Assembly (NCBI GenBank): GCA_040398845.1
Contig: JBBATH010000002.1
Location: forward strand, 75,559-139,558
Reading direction: 5' to 3'
From: Candidatus Nanopelagicales bacterium
GTDB lineage: Bacteria; Actinomycetota; Actinomycetes; S36-B12
Length of the DNA stretch: 64,000 bases
In this document: piece by piece, positions 16,832-26,831 of the stretch
How the letters are laid out: each line of letters begins with the position of its first letter
Numbering within the stretch: the stretch's first letter is position 1
Position numbers and translations under genes: made by a program
The notes under the pieces: model-generated
The model's database searches: none
Told to the model about the DNA's origin: nothing
The model's input: only the letters and a program-made list of their open reading frames with translations

Positions 16832-17679
16832 TTGGTGGCCACCGTGCAGGCCATGTTGTCGAGGAGTCGGGTCGCACCCACTCGAACAGCGACGAGGGCT
16901 CGGCCGGCTCCCGGACGTGCCAGGCCCAGCGCCGGATCAGTGACGACGAGGTAGTCGACCTCAAGTCCTGGGCTTCCCGACAGCAGTGCGAGTCCTGCTC
17001 GCACCCCGGCGTCGGCGCCCTCAACCTCAGCCACGCGGACGGTCTCCTCGAGAGCCCGAGGAACCAACGACGCAAGAGATCGCTCGACTGCGCTCAGGTA
17101 GCGATTGCGGCTGCTCATTGCCAGCCCATCGTGCTCGCGCACTGTCGGGACTGGTACCACCTTCGTCGGAAAGTTCAACTGAGACACCATTTCCTTGATG
17201 AGGATGAACTGTTGGTAGTCCTTCTCCCCGAAGAGTGCGAGGTCCGGTGCGGTGAGGTGCAAGAGTTTCGCCACCACCGTAAGCATGCCCCTGAAGTGAC
17301 CGGGGCGCACGGCGCCCTCAAGAATCTCGCCCACGGAACCTGGATCGACGGTGATCGAGGCGGCGGTCGAACCCTCTCCGTAGATCTCGGCCACCGTCGG
17401 CGCGTAGACGAGATCCGCGCCCGCAGCGCTGCAGATCCTCACGTCATCCTCGAGTGACCGCGGATACCGGTCAAAATCCTCGCCCTTACCAAACTGCATT
17501 GGGTTGACGAAGTCGGTGACGATGACGCAGCCGTCAGCACCGATCGCAGCACGCGCGTCCCTCACCAGGGCCGCGTGCCCCTCATGAAGGGCGCCCATCG
17601 TCATCACGACGGCGCACGGAACCGCCGGGGAGCGAGCCGCGACGAGGGCTCCGTGTGAATTCACGAGCACGGCACTCAT
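16828..17679 (-). CDS. panC: pantoate--beta-alanine ligase
   Basis: TMGALHEGHAALV (HxGH) and FGEKDYQQ motifs. Overlaps both neighbours by 4 nt. Confidence 0.9.
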   Translation of the reverse strand: MSAVLVNSHGALVAARSPAVPCAVVMTMGALHEGHAALVRDARAAIGADGCVIVTDFVNPMQFGKGEDFDRYPRSLEDDVRICSAAGADLVYAPTVAEIYGEGSTAASITVDPGSVGEILEGAVRPGHFRGMLTVVAKLLHLTAPDLALFGEKDYQQFILIKEMVSQLNFPTKVVPVPTVREHDGLAMSSRNRYLSAVERSLASLVPRALEETVRVAEVEGADAGVRAGLALLSGSPGLEVDYLVVTDPALGLARPGAGRALVAVRVGATRLLDNMACTVATK

Positions 17680-18566
17680 CGGCCCCTCCGCTCGCCGAGG
17701 ACTTCGAGTAGTGCCTCGGCATCGCGGGCCTTCAGCAGACCGGCACCGACGGCGCGGTCAGCAGTTAGGCGCCCGAGCGCTCGGTACGCGCTCGCCGCCT
17801 CTGGTGAGACCTCCTCGATCGCCCGAACATGATCTGCTACCGAAGCGGCGTCACCGCGGGCCACCGGTCCGGTGAGCGCCTGATCACCCCACCTGAGTGC
17901 GTTGTCGAGCGATGCACCAAGGAGCGGTGCCACGAGTCGCTGTGGGTCCGCAATTCCGGCGTGACGAAGCAGGTCTAGGCACTGGCTCACGAGCGTGATG
18001 AGGTAGTTGGAGCCGTATGCGAGGGCCGCGTGATAGGTCGACCGGTGCTCCTCCGGGACCCAGAACGGATCCCCACCCATCTCGACCACGAGGGCCTCAG
18101 CCACCGGACGAAGCACCTCCGGAGCCGTCACCCCGAAGGGGCAGTCACTTAGCCGGCTCAAGTCCAGGCTGGTGCCGGTAAACGTCATGACTGGGTGTAG
18201 GGCAAGGGGTAGTGCGCCCATTCGCGTCGCCGGGTCAAGCACCTCAATGCCAAACCGTCCTGCCGGGTGGCACCAGAACTGCCCCGGATGAATATTCCTC
18301 GTCTCCGCGAGGCCCGCGATGAGTCCTGGCAGGGCGTCATCGGGGACCGCCACGAGCACCAGATCGACATCGAGCACCACGGCAGGAAGATCGAGGATCG
18401 GCACACCTGGCAGCAGCGCCTCGGCTCGAAGCCGCGAGACATCAGAAACGGCGGTGACCGCCACGAGTTCATGTCCGGCGCGACGCAGCGCAGCGCCGAG
18501 CACCGCGCCGACGCGTCCGGTGCCGATGATGCCGACGCGCAGTCTCGGCGGGCCCAGATCGCTCAC
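17676..18566 (-). CDS. Rossmann-fold / DUF2520 oxidoreductase-like protein (pan-cluster associated)
   Basis: GIIGTGRVGAVLGAAL dinucleotide fold, and a C-terminal TGPVARGDAASV segment typical of DUF2520. Confidence 0.7.
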   Translation of the reverse strand: MSDLGPPRLRVGIIGTGRVGAVLGAALRRAGHELVAVTAVSDVSRLRAEALLPGVPILDLPAVVLDVDLVLVAVPDDALPGLIAGLAETRNIHPGQFWCHPAGRFGIEVLDPATRMGALPLALHPVMTFTGTSLDLSRLSDCPFGVTAPEVLRPVAEALVVEMGGDPFWVPEEHRSTYHAALAYGSNYLITLVSQCLDLLRHAGIADPQRLVAPLLGASLDNALRWGDQALTGPVARGDAASVADHVRAIEEVSPEAASAYRALGRLTADRAVGAGLLKARDAEALLEVLGERRGR

Positions 18567-18594
18567 AGGTGGAGCCTAGAGCCCGGTACCGTCA

Positions 18595-19473
18595 GTGGTC
18601 GTGCCGGATGAACTCACGCTCGTAGATGCCTGGGAGGAATCCCTTACCGGCGTTCGCTCGTTCTACCGCGGAGCCCACGGCGACCCCTACCGACATTTCG
18701 CAACCGATATCGCGAGGGGCGGGGAGATCATTCCCCTCATTCGTGAACTCTTTGCCTTCGCAAGCGATTGCCACGGTGGGCCTCTCACTGTCATTGATGT
18801 TGGATCGGGCACCGGGGGGCTCCTGACGAGACTCGCGATTGCCGGCATCGACGCCAGGCTCATTGGCATCGACCTGCGACCCCGACCCGCGGGGCTCGAC
18901 GCTGGTATCGAGTGGATGACCGGAGACGCCCGACTGCTCGCCCGTGAGATTCGCGGAGTTCGGGGCATTGTCGTCGCCCACGAATTCCTCGACGACATCC
19001 CGTGCCCGGCAGTTGAGGCGGGCGAGGACGGATGTCCGCGGCTGATCCGCGTGGACCCCTCAAGCCGCAGGATCGTCGTTGGCGAACCGCTCGAGGACCC
19101 CGCCGATCTCGGGTGGCTTGATCGTTGGTGGCCCGTCACCCGCCCGTTTATGCGAGCTGAGATCGGCCGGAGCCGCGACGAAGCATGGTCCGATATCACC
19201 GGGATGCTCAACTCAGGGGCCGCCCTCGCTATTGACTACGGCCACACCCGCCCCGAACGGCTGGCCGGCACGTGGGACGGCGGCACCCTCGTCGGTTATC
19301 GCGAAGGTCGAGTGGTCACCCCGGTTGCTGACGGCTCATGCAACCTCACTGCCCACGTGTCGATTGATTCGGTTGCCGAAGCCGCGCGCACAGCGCAGTC
19401 GACGCGGATCACCCATTGGTCGTCAGTACCCGGACGCGCAGACTTCGTCAGCCTCGTCCAGACCTTCACCTGA
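18595..19473 (+). CDS. SAM-dependent methyltransferase, MidA/NDUFAF7 (COG1565)-like
   Basis: FYRG...HFAT, VIDVGSGTGGLL (SAM motif I), AHEFLDDIPC, GAALAIDYGH and GTLVGYREGRVV...NLTAHVSIDSV follow the MidA family order of motifs as I remember it. Alternative (GTG) start. Confidence 0.6.
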   Translation: MVVPDELTLVDAWEESLTGVRSFYRGAHGDPYRHFATDIARGGEIIPLIRELFAFASDCHGGPLTVIDVGSGTGGLLTRLAIAGIDARLIGIDLRPRPAGLDAGIEWMTGDARLLAREIRGVRGIVVAHEFLDDIPCPAVEAGEDGCPRLIRVDPSSRRIVVGEPLEDPADLGWLDRWWPVTRPFMRAEIGRSRDEAWSDITGMLNSGAALAIDYGHTRPERLAGTWDGGTLVGYREGRVVTPVADGSCNLTAHVSIDSVAEAARTAQSTRITHWSSVPGRADFVSLVQTFT

Positions 19474-19485
19474 CACACTTGCCCA

Positions 19486-20610
19486 GTGACGTCACGCAAA
19501 GTCCTCGTCGCGCTCGGGGCAGCCCGTCACCTTGACGCAGATCTCGTCCTCGATCTCGGCGACCTCCACCCTGCCCAGCACGGCGCCCTCCAACTGGCCC
19601 TCGAACTCGATGACGACACCATCACCGCAGCCGATGCCCGCGTCGGCCTCCTGCATCGCAGCGCCGAGAAACTCTTCGAGGCACGCGATTATCGACAGAT
19701 CCTCATGCTCGCGAATCGGCACGACTGGCTATCTGCCTTCTCCTCAGAACTAGGAGTTGCCCTCACCATCGAAGCGGCGATGGGCATCGTTCCCCCCGAA
19801 CGCGCCACCTGGTCGCGCACCCTGCTCGCCGAGGTGAATCGCATCACGGCATCGCTCCTCCTCGTTGGGGCAGCCGTGCCCGATGCCGCGCCGAGCCTCG
19901 CTGTGCGAGAGGAGCTTCAGGAACTCCAAGAGCGGGCCACCGGCGGCCGAGTCCACCCGATGATCACTCGAATCGGCGGGCTCGCGCATCCGCTCGATAC
20001 ACCTTGGCTTGACGATCTCGTGCGAGTGCTTGCAGGGCTCACCTCACAACTGCCCGCTGTCCGCGAGTCCGTGACTACCGCCATGCAGGCTCACTCAGGA
20101 GTCGCCGTTCTCACCACCGCCGATGCACTTTCGATCGGGGTGAATGGGCCGGTCGCCCGAGCAAGCGGCGTCGACCTCGACCTCCGTCGTGATGCGGAGC
20201 TCCTCGCCTACCCGGAACTCTCGTCGCTGATCGACGTTTCGATCGCCACCGCGGGCGACATCCCCGCGCGTTACGAGGTCCTTCTCGGCCAGATACCCGT
20301 GAGCATTGCCATCGTCGGGGCCGCCAGCGCCCGGCTACGCGAACTTGGCGAAGGGCCGGTGAACGTACCGCTGCCCAAGGTCGTTCGGGTCCCCGAGAGC
20401 ACGAGTTACGGAGAGTTCGAAGGCCCGCTCGGACGCAGCGGCTACCTGCTCAGTAGCGTCGGCGAGAAGACTCCGTGGCGCCTGAAACTCCGCACGCCCT
20501 CATTTACCAATGTCCAAGCGCTGGCACGGGCTCTGCCAGGCACTCCCCTGCATGCCCTTGGGCCTGCGGTGACATCGTTCTTCTTCGTCGTCGGCGACAT
20601 CGACCGCTGA
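19486..20610 (+). CDS. stand-alone NuoD / complex I 49-kDa (NDUFS2)-like protein
   Basis: LHPAQHGALQLALELDDDTITAADARVGLLHRSAEKLFEARDYRQ aligns to the NuoD motif QHPxxHGvLRLvLEL.Ge.v...dphIGyLHRg.EKl. The C-terminus RTPSFTNVQAL...VVGDIDR aligns to R.PSF.Nlq.l...vmGevDR. No other nuo genes lie nearby. Confidence 0.7.
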   Translation: MTSRKVLVALGAARHLDADLVLDLGDLHPAQHGALQLALELDDDTITAADARVGLLHRSAEKLFEARDYRQILMLANRHDWLSAFSSELGVALTIEAAMGIVPPERATWSRTLLAEVNRITASLLLVGAAVPDAAPSLAVREELQELQERATGGRVHPMITRIGGLAHPLDTPWLDDLVRVLAGLTSQLPAVRESVTTAMQAHSGVAVLTTADALSIGVNGPVARASGVDLDLRRDAELLAYPELSSLIDVSIATAGDIPARYEVLLGQIPVSIAIVGAASARLRELGEGPVNVPLPKVVRVPESTSYGEFEGPLGRSGYLLSSVGEKTPWRLKLRTPSFTNVQALARALPGTPLHALGPAVTSFFFVVGDIDR

Positions 20611-20622
20611 CGAATGGCTCGG

Positions 20623-20919
20623 CTACTTCTCGTGATCGCGAATGTAGGTCGCTAAGCGAGCCCGCAGGAGCGCCTCGGTCGTGGGATCGAGATCCTTGTC
20701 ACCGAGCATCTCGCGCACTGCCCTGACCGTCTCGATGAAGGTGCCACCGATAGCACCCAGGTCGCCACCCTCGCCCTCAATTGCCACCATGCCGGGCATG
20801 TGTGCGAACAGATCAGTGAAGAAGCCGATATCGACGCGCTTCTCGGCCAGGTGGAAGGCTCGGTGACGAAGTTCGTCGAAGGGCAGGTCCTCAAGGCTCG
20901 TTGCATCGCTCATGGTCAC
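20623..20919 (-). CDS. conserved hypothetical protein (98 aa)
   Basis: Coding-like high-GC3 codon use. Its start overlaps the upstream gene's stop by 4 nt. No recognised domain. Confidence 0.5.
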   Translation of the reverse strand: MTMSDATSLEDLPFDELRHRAFHLAEKRVDIGFFTDLFAHMPGMVAIEGEGGDLGAIGGTFIETVRAVREMLGDKDLDPTTEALLRARLATYIRDHEK

Positions 20920-21413
20920 GAGCCTATACGCGCGATCGCGCCCCCCGGCCCATCACGATCGCGATCGACAGGCAGCCGACACTTCCGCTCAAGCCACAGC
21001 GCCGACGCTACGAGTGCGAGCGACCCGAGGGTCGTGATGAGCGCGGCCGCTACGGAGACGCTGCCCGCCTCGGTCATCCTTGAGGGCAGGGTCCCGATCG
21101 CGATCCCCGCATAAAACCCGGCGACGAGCGAACCGGTCCGTGAGGCGGCCATGGCCAGCGCTGCTGTTCGCGCGGCGACGAGCGGTGGCAACGGTCGCGA
21201 GCCCGGCTTACGTTGGAGTCGCGGACGGCTCAGGACGGTCCAGATGAGCAGGGCCAGAGCAAGGAACCACATGGTTGCGCCTGCGAGCCAGGGCACTGGA
21301 ATCACCCGACCAGTCCGCCCCTCGACGAGCGTCGCGGCGCCCCAGCCAACCGCCGCCGCGATCACGGCGAGGCCGGCGAGCAGCCGAATCCGGGTTGGCG
21401 TCATGGCATTCAC
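20916..21413 (-). CDS. DUF3180 membrane protein (fol-cluster associated)
   Basis: Four predicted TM helices. It sits immediately downstream of folK, like the M. tuberculosis Rv3605c-type protein. Confidence 0.7.
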   Translation of the reverse strand: MNAMTPTRIRLLAGLAVIAAAVGWGAATLVEGRTGRVIPVPWLAGATMWFLALALLIWTVLSRPRLQRKPGSRPLPPLVAARTAALAMAASRTGSLVAGFYAGIAIGTLPSRMTEAGSVSVAAALITTLGSLALVASALWLERKCRLPVDRDRDGPGGAIARIGS

Positions 21414-21907
21414 GTGATGGACATCCCCTCACTCGATCCCCGCACCCCTGACGTGTCAATCGCCAGCCCGCGGATTGGCCCGTGGCCGGAGAGCACCGCT
21501 TCGGGCTCGATCTCCAACCAAGGCACGATGACGAAACCGCGCTCATGCGCCCTCGGGTGCGGAAGCGTCAACGCTGGGTCATCGCTCACCTGGCCCCCCA
21601 CGTCAATGATGTCGATGTCGAGGGTGCGAGGACCCCAGCGCTCCAGCCGCGTGCGATCCCAGTCGGACTCAAGTTCGTGCGCGCGGTCAAGCAGCGCCCT
21701 CGCGGAGAGGGCCGATCTCACCCGGATCACGGCATTGGCATAGTTAGGCTGCTCCGGGCCGCCGACCGGGTCCGTTTCATAGACGGACGAGACGGCGATG
21801 ATCTCGACCCCGGGAGTGGCTCTCAGTCCGTCGAGCGCTCCCTGCAGGGCCGCGTGGCGGTCGCCGAGATTCGCACCGAGTGCGATCACGGCATTCACCG
21901 GCGGCAT
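21410..21907 (-). CDS. folK: 2-amino-4-hydroxy-6-hydroxymethyldihydropteridine diphosphokinase
   Basis: VIALGANLGDR...GPRTLDIDII...LPHPRAHERGFV. The ATG at 21907 is preferred because aaggagg lies 5 nt upstream. Confidence 0.9.
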   Translation of the reverse strand: MPPVNAVIALGANLGDRHAALQGALDGLRATPGVEIIAVSSVYETDPVGGPEQPNYANAVIRVRSALSARALLDRAHELESDWDRTRLERWGPRTLDIDIIDVGGQVSDDPALTLPHPRAHERGFVIVPWLEIEPEAVLSGHGPIRGLAIDTSGVRGSSEGMSIT

Positions 21908-21918
21908 GGGCTCCTCCT

Positions 21919-22275
21919 TCACGGCCGTTCAATGGTGACTGAGACGTCAGCAAAGGGGACAACGATCGGTGCCGACGGCTTGTGCACGGTTACCACGACA
22001 CCCTGAACTCCATCCATTGCCAAGAGTGAGGCCGAGATGCGCTCGGCAACCGTCTCGATGAGATCCACTGGTTCGCCGACGAGGATGGCGTGGACCCGGT
22101 TTGCGGCGTCGCCGTAATCGACGCTCGCCGCCAGATCGTCGGTGCGGGCTGCCTCGCGGGTCGACACCTCAAGTTCGACGTCGGCAATGAACTCCTGACC
22201 CTCGCGGCGCTCATGGTCGAAGACTCCGTGGAACCCGAACCCTCGGATCCCGGTGATCGTGATGCGATCGCTCAT
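21919..22275 (-). CDS. folB: dihydroneopterin aldolase
   Basis: DRITITGIRGFGFHGVFDHERREGQEF. 118 aa. Confidence 0.9.
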   Translation of the reverse strand: MSDRITITGIRGFGFHGVFDHERREGQEFIADVELEVSTREAARTDDLAASVDYGDAANRVHAILVGEPVDLIETVAERISASLLAMDGVQGVVVTVHKPSAPIVVPFADVSVTIERP

Positions 22276-23141
22276 GCGCAGCCCCTTGCCCAGGCACGTC
22301 CGACGAGGACTGCGTCGCGGGAGTTCGCGACGTCATGGACCCGGACCCCCCAGGCACCCGCGGCAGCAGCCAGTGCTGAGACGGCATCGGTCGCCGGATC
22401 GCGGTCGCGCATGCCCCTCGGCTCCCCAGTTCCCCCGGCCTTCGGGTCAGCAAGAAGGGAACCGAGGAATCGCTTGCGCGATGCGCCCACGAGCACCGGG
22501 AACCCCAAGGTCTGTAGGGATCCAAGATTTCGAAGGAGCTCCCAGTTGTGATCAGCCTCCTTCGCAAACCCTAGGCCAGGGTCGACGATGATCGAGGCAG
22601 GATTGATACCTGATGCGACCGCATCAGCAGTGCGAGCGCCAAGTTCCGCCACGACATCGGCGACGACGTCGACGTACACCGCCTGTCGATCCATCGTGAT
22701 GCTCGGGCCCCGCCAGTGCATCACCACATACGCAGCGCCAAGGCCCGCGACTGCGCGATACATCTCATCGTCGGCCATGCCACCGCTTACATCATTGACG
22801 ATGCGCGCGCCCGCGAGCACCGCCGCCGCCGCAGTACTCGCCCGCATGGTGTCAATGCTCACGGCTACCCCTGCCTGCGCGAGGGCCGTCACGACCGGCA
22901 GCACCCGATCCTGTTCCTCCCCGGCTGTGATGCGCTGAGCCCCGGGCCGGGTTGATTCACCGCCGACATCGACGATGTCAGCGCCCTGCAACTGCATCGC
23001 GAGGCCGTGCGCAATGGCCGCCTCGGCAGCGAGATGCTCTCCGCCATCGGAGAAGGAGTCGGGCGTGACGTTGAGGATGCCCATGATGAGCGGGCGATCG
23101 GCGCCGGCTAAGGCGGCCGGGAGACCTCGTAGCAGTGCCAT
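22272..23141 (-). CDS. folP: dihydropteroate synthase
   Basis: IMGILNVTPDSFSDGG, DVGGESTRPGA, VNDVSGG. The start is trimmed to Met-28 (MALLRG), which clears the folE stop. Confidence 0.9.
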   Translation of the reverse strand: MALLRGLPAALAGADRPLIMGILNVTPDSFSDGGEHLAAEAAIAHGLAMQLQGADIVDVGGESTRPGAQRITAGEEQDRVLPVVTALAQAGVAVSIDTMRASTAAAAVLAGARIVNDVSGGMADDEMYRAVAGLGAAYVVMHWRGPSITMDRQAVYVDVVADVVAELGARTADAVASGINPASIIVDPGLGFAKEADHNWELLRNLGSLQTLGFPVLVGASRKRFLGSLLADPKAGGTGEPRGMRDRDPATDAVSALAAAAGAWGVRVHDVANSRDAVLVGRAWARGCA

Positions 23142-23151
23142 GACAGGTGCT

Positions 23152-23763
23152 CTAACGACCTTGGATGAGTGACATTGCCTCGGCGCGGGGCGCAGCCTCG
23201 CGGAAGATGCCGCGGACAGCACTCGTCACGGTCTTCGACCCAGGTTTGCGAACGCCGCGCATCGACATGCACAAGTGCTCAGCCTCGATGACGACGATTG
23301 CCCCGCGCGGTTCGAGGATGCGCATGAGGGAATCAGCAATCTGGGTGGTGAGCCGCTCTTGGACCTGCGGCCGCTTCGCGTAGACGTCGACAAGCCGCGC
23401 GAGCTTCGAAAGCCCGGTGACGCGTCCGCTCTCGTTGGGGATGTATCCGATGTTCGCGACGCCATGGAACGGAACGAGGTGGTGCTCGCAGGTGCTGTAC
23501 ATCTCGATATTGCGGACGATGACCATCTCGCCGTGGCCAATGTCAAAGGTCGTCGTGAGGACGTCCTCCGCCGTTGACCGAAGGCCCGCGAACATCTCGC
23601 TGTAGGCCCGTGCCACCCGAGCGGGGGTGTCCTGCAGGCCCTCCCTCGCGGGATCCTCGCCGATCGCAACAAGGAGGTCGCGAATCGCCCGCTGAACCCC
23701 CGCCTCGTCATACGGCCTCGACGGTCCCTCATTGACCAGGGTCACCGGATTGATATCGGTCAC
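23152..23763 (-). CDS. folE: GTP cyclohydrolase I
   Basis: [14 protein letters not shown] and [12 protein letters not shown] motifs. Confidence 0.92.
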   Translation of the reverse strand: MTDINPVTLVNEGPSRPYDEAGVQRAIRDLLVAIGEDPAREGLQDTPARVARAYSEMFAGLRSTAEDVLTTTFDIGHGEMVIVRNIEMYSTCEHHLVPFHGVANIGYIPNESGRVTGLSKLARLVDVYAKRPQVQERLTTQIADSLMRILEPRGAIVVIEAEHLCMSMRGVRKPGSKTVTSAVRGIFREAAPRAEAMSLIQGR

Positions 23764-25742
23764 GAAGGCTCGTCGTCCGTCGATTCACCGCTCGGATGAT
23801 GGCCATTCGAGGACTCCGCCGTCACCGCAAGGGTCTCGATCGGAGTCAGGACCACGGTGGCGATCGGGCCACGCTCATCAGGCAGCCGGCGTGCTGAGCC
23901 CGTCCACGCCGGTCGCCTCTCGCGCAGGGTGAGCGCCTCGAACACCGCCTCGATCTGGGCCTTATCGAGCGTCTCCTTCTCAAGGAGTTCAACGACGAGG
24001 GCGTCGAGGATGTCGCGATTGGCGACGAGGCAGTCGTAGGCCTCCTGATGTGCTGACTCGATGAAAGTCCGGACCTCCTCGTCAATGGCCGCAGCCACCT
24101 CCTCCGAGTAGTCGCGCTGGTGGCCCATGTCGCGTCCGAGGAAGACCTCTCCCTGCTCCTGGCCGTAGCGGATGGCACCGAGCCGCTCGGTCATGCCGTA
24201 CTGGGTGACCATCGCACGCGCCAGGGAGGTCGCCTTCTCAATGTCGTTCGAGGCACCGGTCGTTGGGTCGTGGAAAATGAGCTCCTCAGCAGCCCGGCCT
24301 CCGAGCATGTACGCCAGTTGGTTTTGCATCTCGCTTCGAGTCGTGGAGTACCGCTCCTGCTCGGGCAGGACCATCGTGTAGCCGAGAGCGCGCCCCCGAG
24401 GGAGAATCGTGATCTTGTGTACCGGGTCGTTGCCGGGCAGCGCCGCTGCAACGAGAGCGTGACCAGCCTCGTGGTACGCGGTGATCTTCTTCTCGTGATC
24501 GTCCATTGCCCGCGTACGTTTCTGCGGACCCGCGATGACCCGATCGATTGCCTCGTCGAGTTCGGCGTTATCGACGAACGAATCGCCCTGTCGGGCGGTG
24601 AGCAGTGCGGCCTCGTTCAGGACATTGGCGAGGTCGGCCCCGGTGAAGCCAGGTGTCCGCTTCGCGACAGCGCGCAGGTCGACCCCCGGCGCCATCGGTT
24701 TGCCCTGCGAGTGGACTTTCAGGATCGCCTCGCGGCCATTGAGGTCGGGGCGGTCAACGGCGATCTGGCGATCGAACCGGCCAGGGCGTAGAAGGGCAGG
24801 ATCGAGAATATCGGGTCGGTTCGTCGCGGCAATAAGAATAACGTTCTGGCTAACGTCGAACCCGTCCATCTCGACAAGCATCTGATTCAGGGTCTGCTCA
24901 CGCTCATCATGACCGCCACCGAGACCGGCGCCGCGGTGACGACCCACGGCATCAATCTCATCGATGAAGATGATTGCGGGGGCGTTGGTCTTGGCTTGCT
25001 CGAAAAGATCGCGGACTCGACTAGCACCGACGCCGACGAACATCTCTACGAAGTCCGAGCCTGAGATCGAGAAGAATGGCACACCAGCCTCGCCGGCGAC
25101 CGCGCGCGCTAGCAAGGTCTTGCCCGTGCCGGGCGGGCCATACAGGAGAACACCCTTCGGGATCTTCGCGCCGACTGCCTGGAACTTGGCCGGCTCGGCA
25201 AGGAACTCCTTGATCTCCTGGAGCTCCTCTACCGCCTCCTCGGCCCCGGCGACATCGGCGAAGGTCGTCTGCGGCATGTCCTTGGAGACCATTTTCGCCT
25301 TGGACTTGCCGAAGTTCATGATGCGGTTGCCACCGCCCTGCATCTGGCCCATGAAAAAGAAGAGCAGAAAGATGACAAGGGCGATCGGCAAGAGCGACAC
25401 GAGCAGAGTGACGAGGAGGTTATCGGTCGGCACGACAACGTTGTAGCCGCCTGGAAGTGCGCCTGAGTCGGCCTTTTGCTGGAGCATCTCCTGGAGGTTC
25501 ACGCCCTGGCCGGTGATGTAGGAGGTGCGGACCTTCGAACCGTCCTTGAGGGTCATCTCAAGGACCTGATCGCGGTCGATGATGGTGGCTGTATCGACCT
25601 GGCCGCCTTGAATCTCGCCCACTGCCTGACTGGTATCGACCTGGGTTGGGCCCCCAATGCCGGAGATCAGACTCGAGCCCAGCAGGACGAACATCACCGC
25701 CAGTAAGATCCAGAAGATGGGGCCTCGAACGAACCGCTTCAT
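23760..25742 (-). CDS. ftsH: ATP-dependent zinc metalloprotease FtsH
   Basis: [18 protein letters not shown] (Walker A), [16 protein letters not shown] (zinc site). The start at [14 protein letters not shown] is preceded by aaggggtgg. Confidence 0.95.
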   Translation of the reverse strand: MKRFVRGPIFWILLAVMFVLLGSSLISGIGGPTQVDTSQAVGEIQGGQVDTATIIDRDQVLEMTLKDGSKVRTSYITGQGVNLQEMLQQKADSGALPGGYNVVVPTDNLLVTLLVSLLPIALVIFLLFFFMGQMQGGGNRIMNFGKSKAKMVSKDMPQTTFADVAGAEEAVEELQEIKEFLAEPAKFQAVGAKIPKGVLLYGPPGTGKTLLARAVAGEAGVPFFSISGSDFVEMFVGVGASRVRDLFEQAKTNAPAIIFIDEIDAVGRHRGAGLGGGHDEREQTLNQMLVEMDGFDVSQNVILIAATNRPDILDPALLRPGRFDRQIAVDRPDLNGREAILKVHSQGKPMAPGVDLRAVAKRTPGFTGADLANVLNEAALLTARQGDSFVDNAELDEAIDRVIAGPQKRTRAMDDHEKKITAYHEAGHALVAAALPGNDPVHKITILPRGRALGYTMVLPEQERYSTTRSEMQNQLAYMLGGRAAEELIFHDPTTGASNDIEKATSLARAMVTQYGMTERLGAIRYGQEQGEVFLGRDMGHQRDYSEEVAAAIDEEVRTFIESAHQEAYDCLVANRDILDALVVELLEKETLDKAQIEAVFEALTLRERRPAWTGSARRLPDERGPIATVVLTPIETLAVTAESSNGHHPSGESTDDEPS

Positions 25743-25935
25743 ATCCACCCCTTGAGGGTAGTACGCCGACGCAAATCCTCCCGCCGACCGAAGCAATGTC
25801 CGCGCAAAGCGAACCCCCAACTTCATCTGGCCCCGATTCTGGGCCAGTTGAAGGATTAGGCGCCGTAATCGGCGACATTCGTTCATCCCGCCCATCGGGG
25901 GGACATCTTTTCGCGCAGAACCCCTGGTCTTGGGC

Positions 25936-26448
25936 TCAAGACCCCTTGATTGGCTTGGCCTTCACGCCGAGTTGGACCAACGTTGAGCTGAACGTGACCG
26001 AGGCTTGGCAAGTTATCAGCGCGCCAATGTCGCGAACCCTCAGCCGGTACGTTCGCCTTGTCGCATCGGGGATTGGCATGCCGTCACGTCGCCACACCCG
26101 CGCTGTCGAGGCCACCTTCCATGGAGAGCTGTTCGCGTTGGCGCAGCTCAGCCTCGAGCCGGCTGTCGACCTTCCGTTGGCCGATGTTGTCACGAGCCTG
26201 CCATTTCCGGTTCCCACTTTGGAGAGCCGCGACGTGCCCTGTTCCGCGAACCACATGGCCCCATTAGGGCCCGCTGCGATCCCGCACGGCGCCGACCCGA
26301 CGAATGGGACCGGCTTGTACGTCTCGAATGAGCCAAGGGGCATGCCCGAAGCAGCCTGTGCAGTGGTAGCAGCAAGCGCACCCAGCACGCCCACCAGTGC
26401 TGGGACCAAGATGCGACGGCTTGTGCGGGTTTTCAGCGAACTCCCCAT
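25936..26448 (-). CDS. secreted Vgb/NHL-like repeat protein (intact paralog of 11357..11974)
   Basis: Signal peptide [41 protein letters not shown] repeat. The C-terminal module RLSC...[36 protein letters not shown] aligns with the 11-kb copy. Confidence 0.65.
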   Translation of the reverse strand: MGSSLKTRTSRRILVPALVGVLGALAATTAQAASGMPLGSFETYKPVPFVGSAPCGIAAGPNGAMWFAEQGTSRLSKVGTGNGRLVTTSANGRSTAGSRLSCANANSSPWKVASTARVWRRDGMPIPDATRRTYRLRVRDIGALITCQASVTFSSTLVQLGVKAKPIKGS

Positions 26449-26750
26449 GTTTGCTCCAAGTTCAGGGTCGGTCCCTGCAGCGCGCAGCATCACCGCCCAC
26501 CACTCGAAGGTCAAGGGTCACCGATATGCGATGGACCGTGCGTCAGGAGAGGAAAACATGCGAACTGTCGTAGGTAGACGAGATATTGCGTTCGCCAACA
26601 CGTCGTCGGCGTCCAAGGTGACGAAAATGCACTCCATGCGTCGTCGCCCTTCTAGGCCCCGCGGGAGTGAGCGTACGAACCTGACGGACACGAACCAACA
26701 AGTGCTCCTGGCAGGAACTTACGGGTTGTTCGCGAGCCCGACGCCGTGGA

Positions 26751-26822
26751 TGAAATGACCAAATACCTAATCAAATGACCAGAAATCTGGTCATTTAAGC
26801 CGGATTCCGGACGAAATGACTG
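26751..26822. repeat. AT-rich variant of the palindromic intergenic repeat family
   Basis: AAATGACCAG aaat CTGGTCATTT (26773-26796) and GTCATTT aag CCGGATTCCGG acg AAATGAC (26790-26820), plus an extra AAATGACC at 26753. It shares the CAGAA(A)TCTGG and CCGGAATCCGG cores with the 47.7-kb and 57.9-kb elements. Confidence 0.6.
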
Positions 26823-26831
26823 GGGGAGGGG

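Noticed and set aside
25646-26758. 370-aa plus-strand ORF
   Set aside because: It spans the ftsH 5' end and the antisense strand of the secreted paralog gene, and has no recognisable domain. It is best explained as a GC-rich shadow frame.
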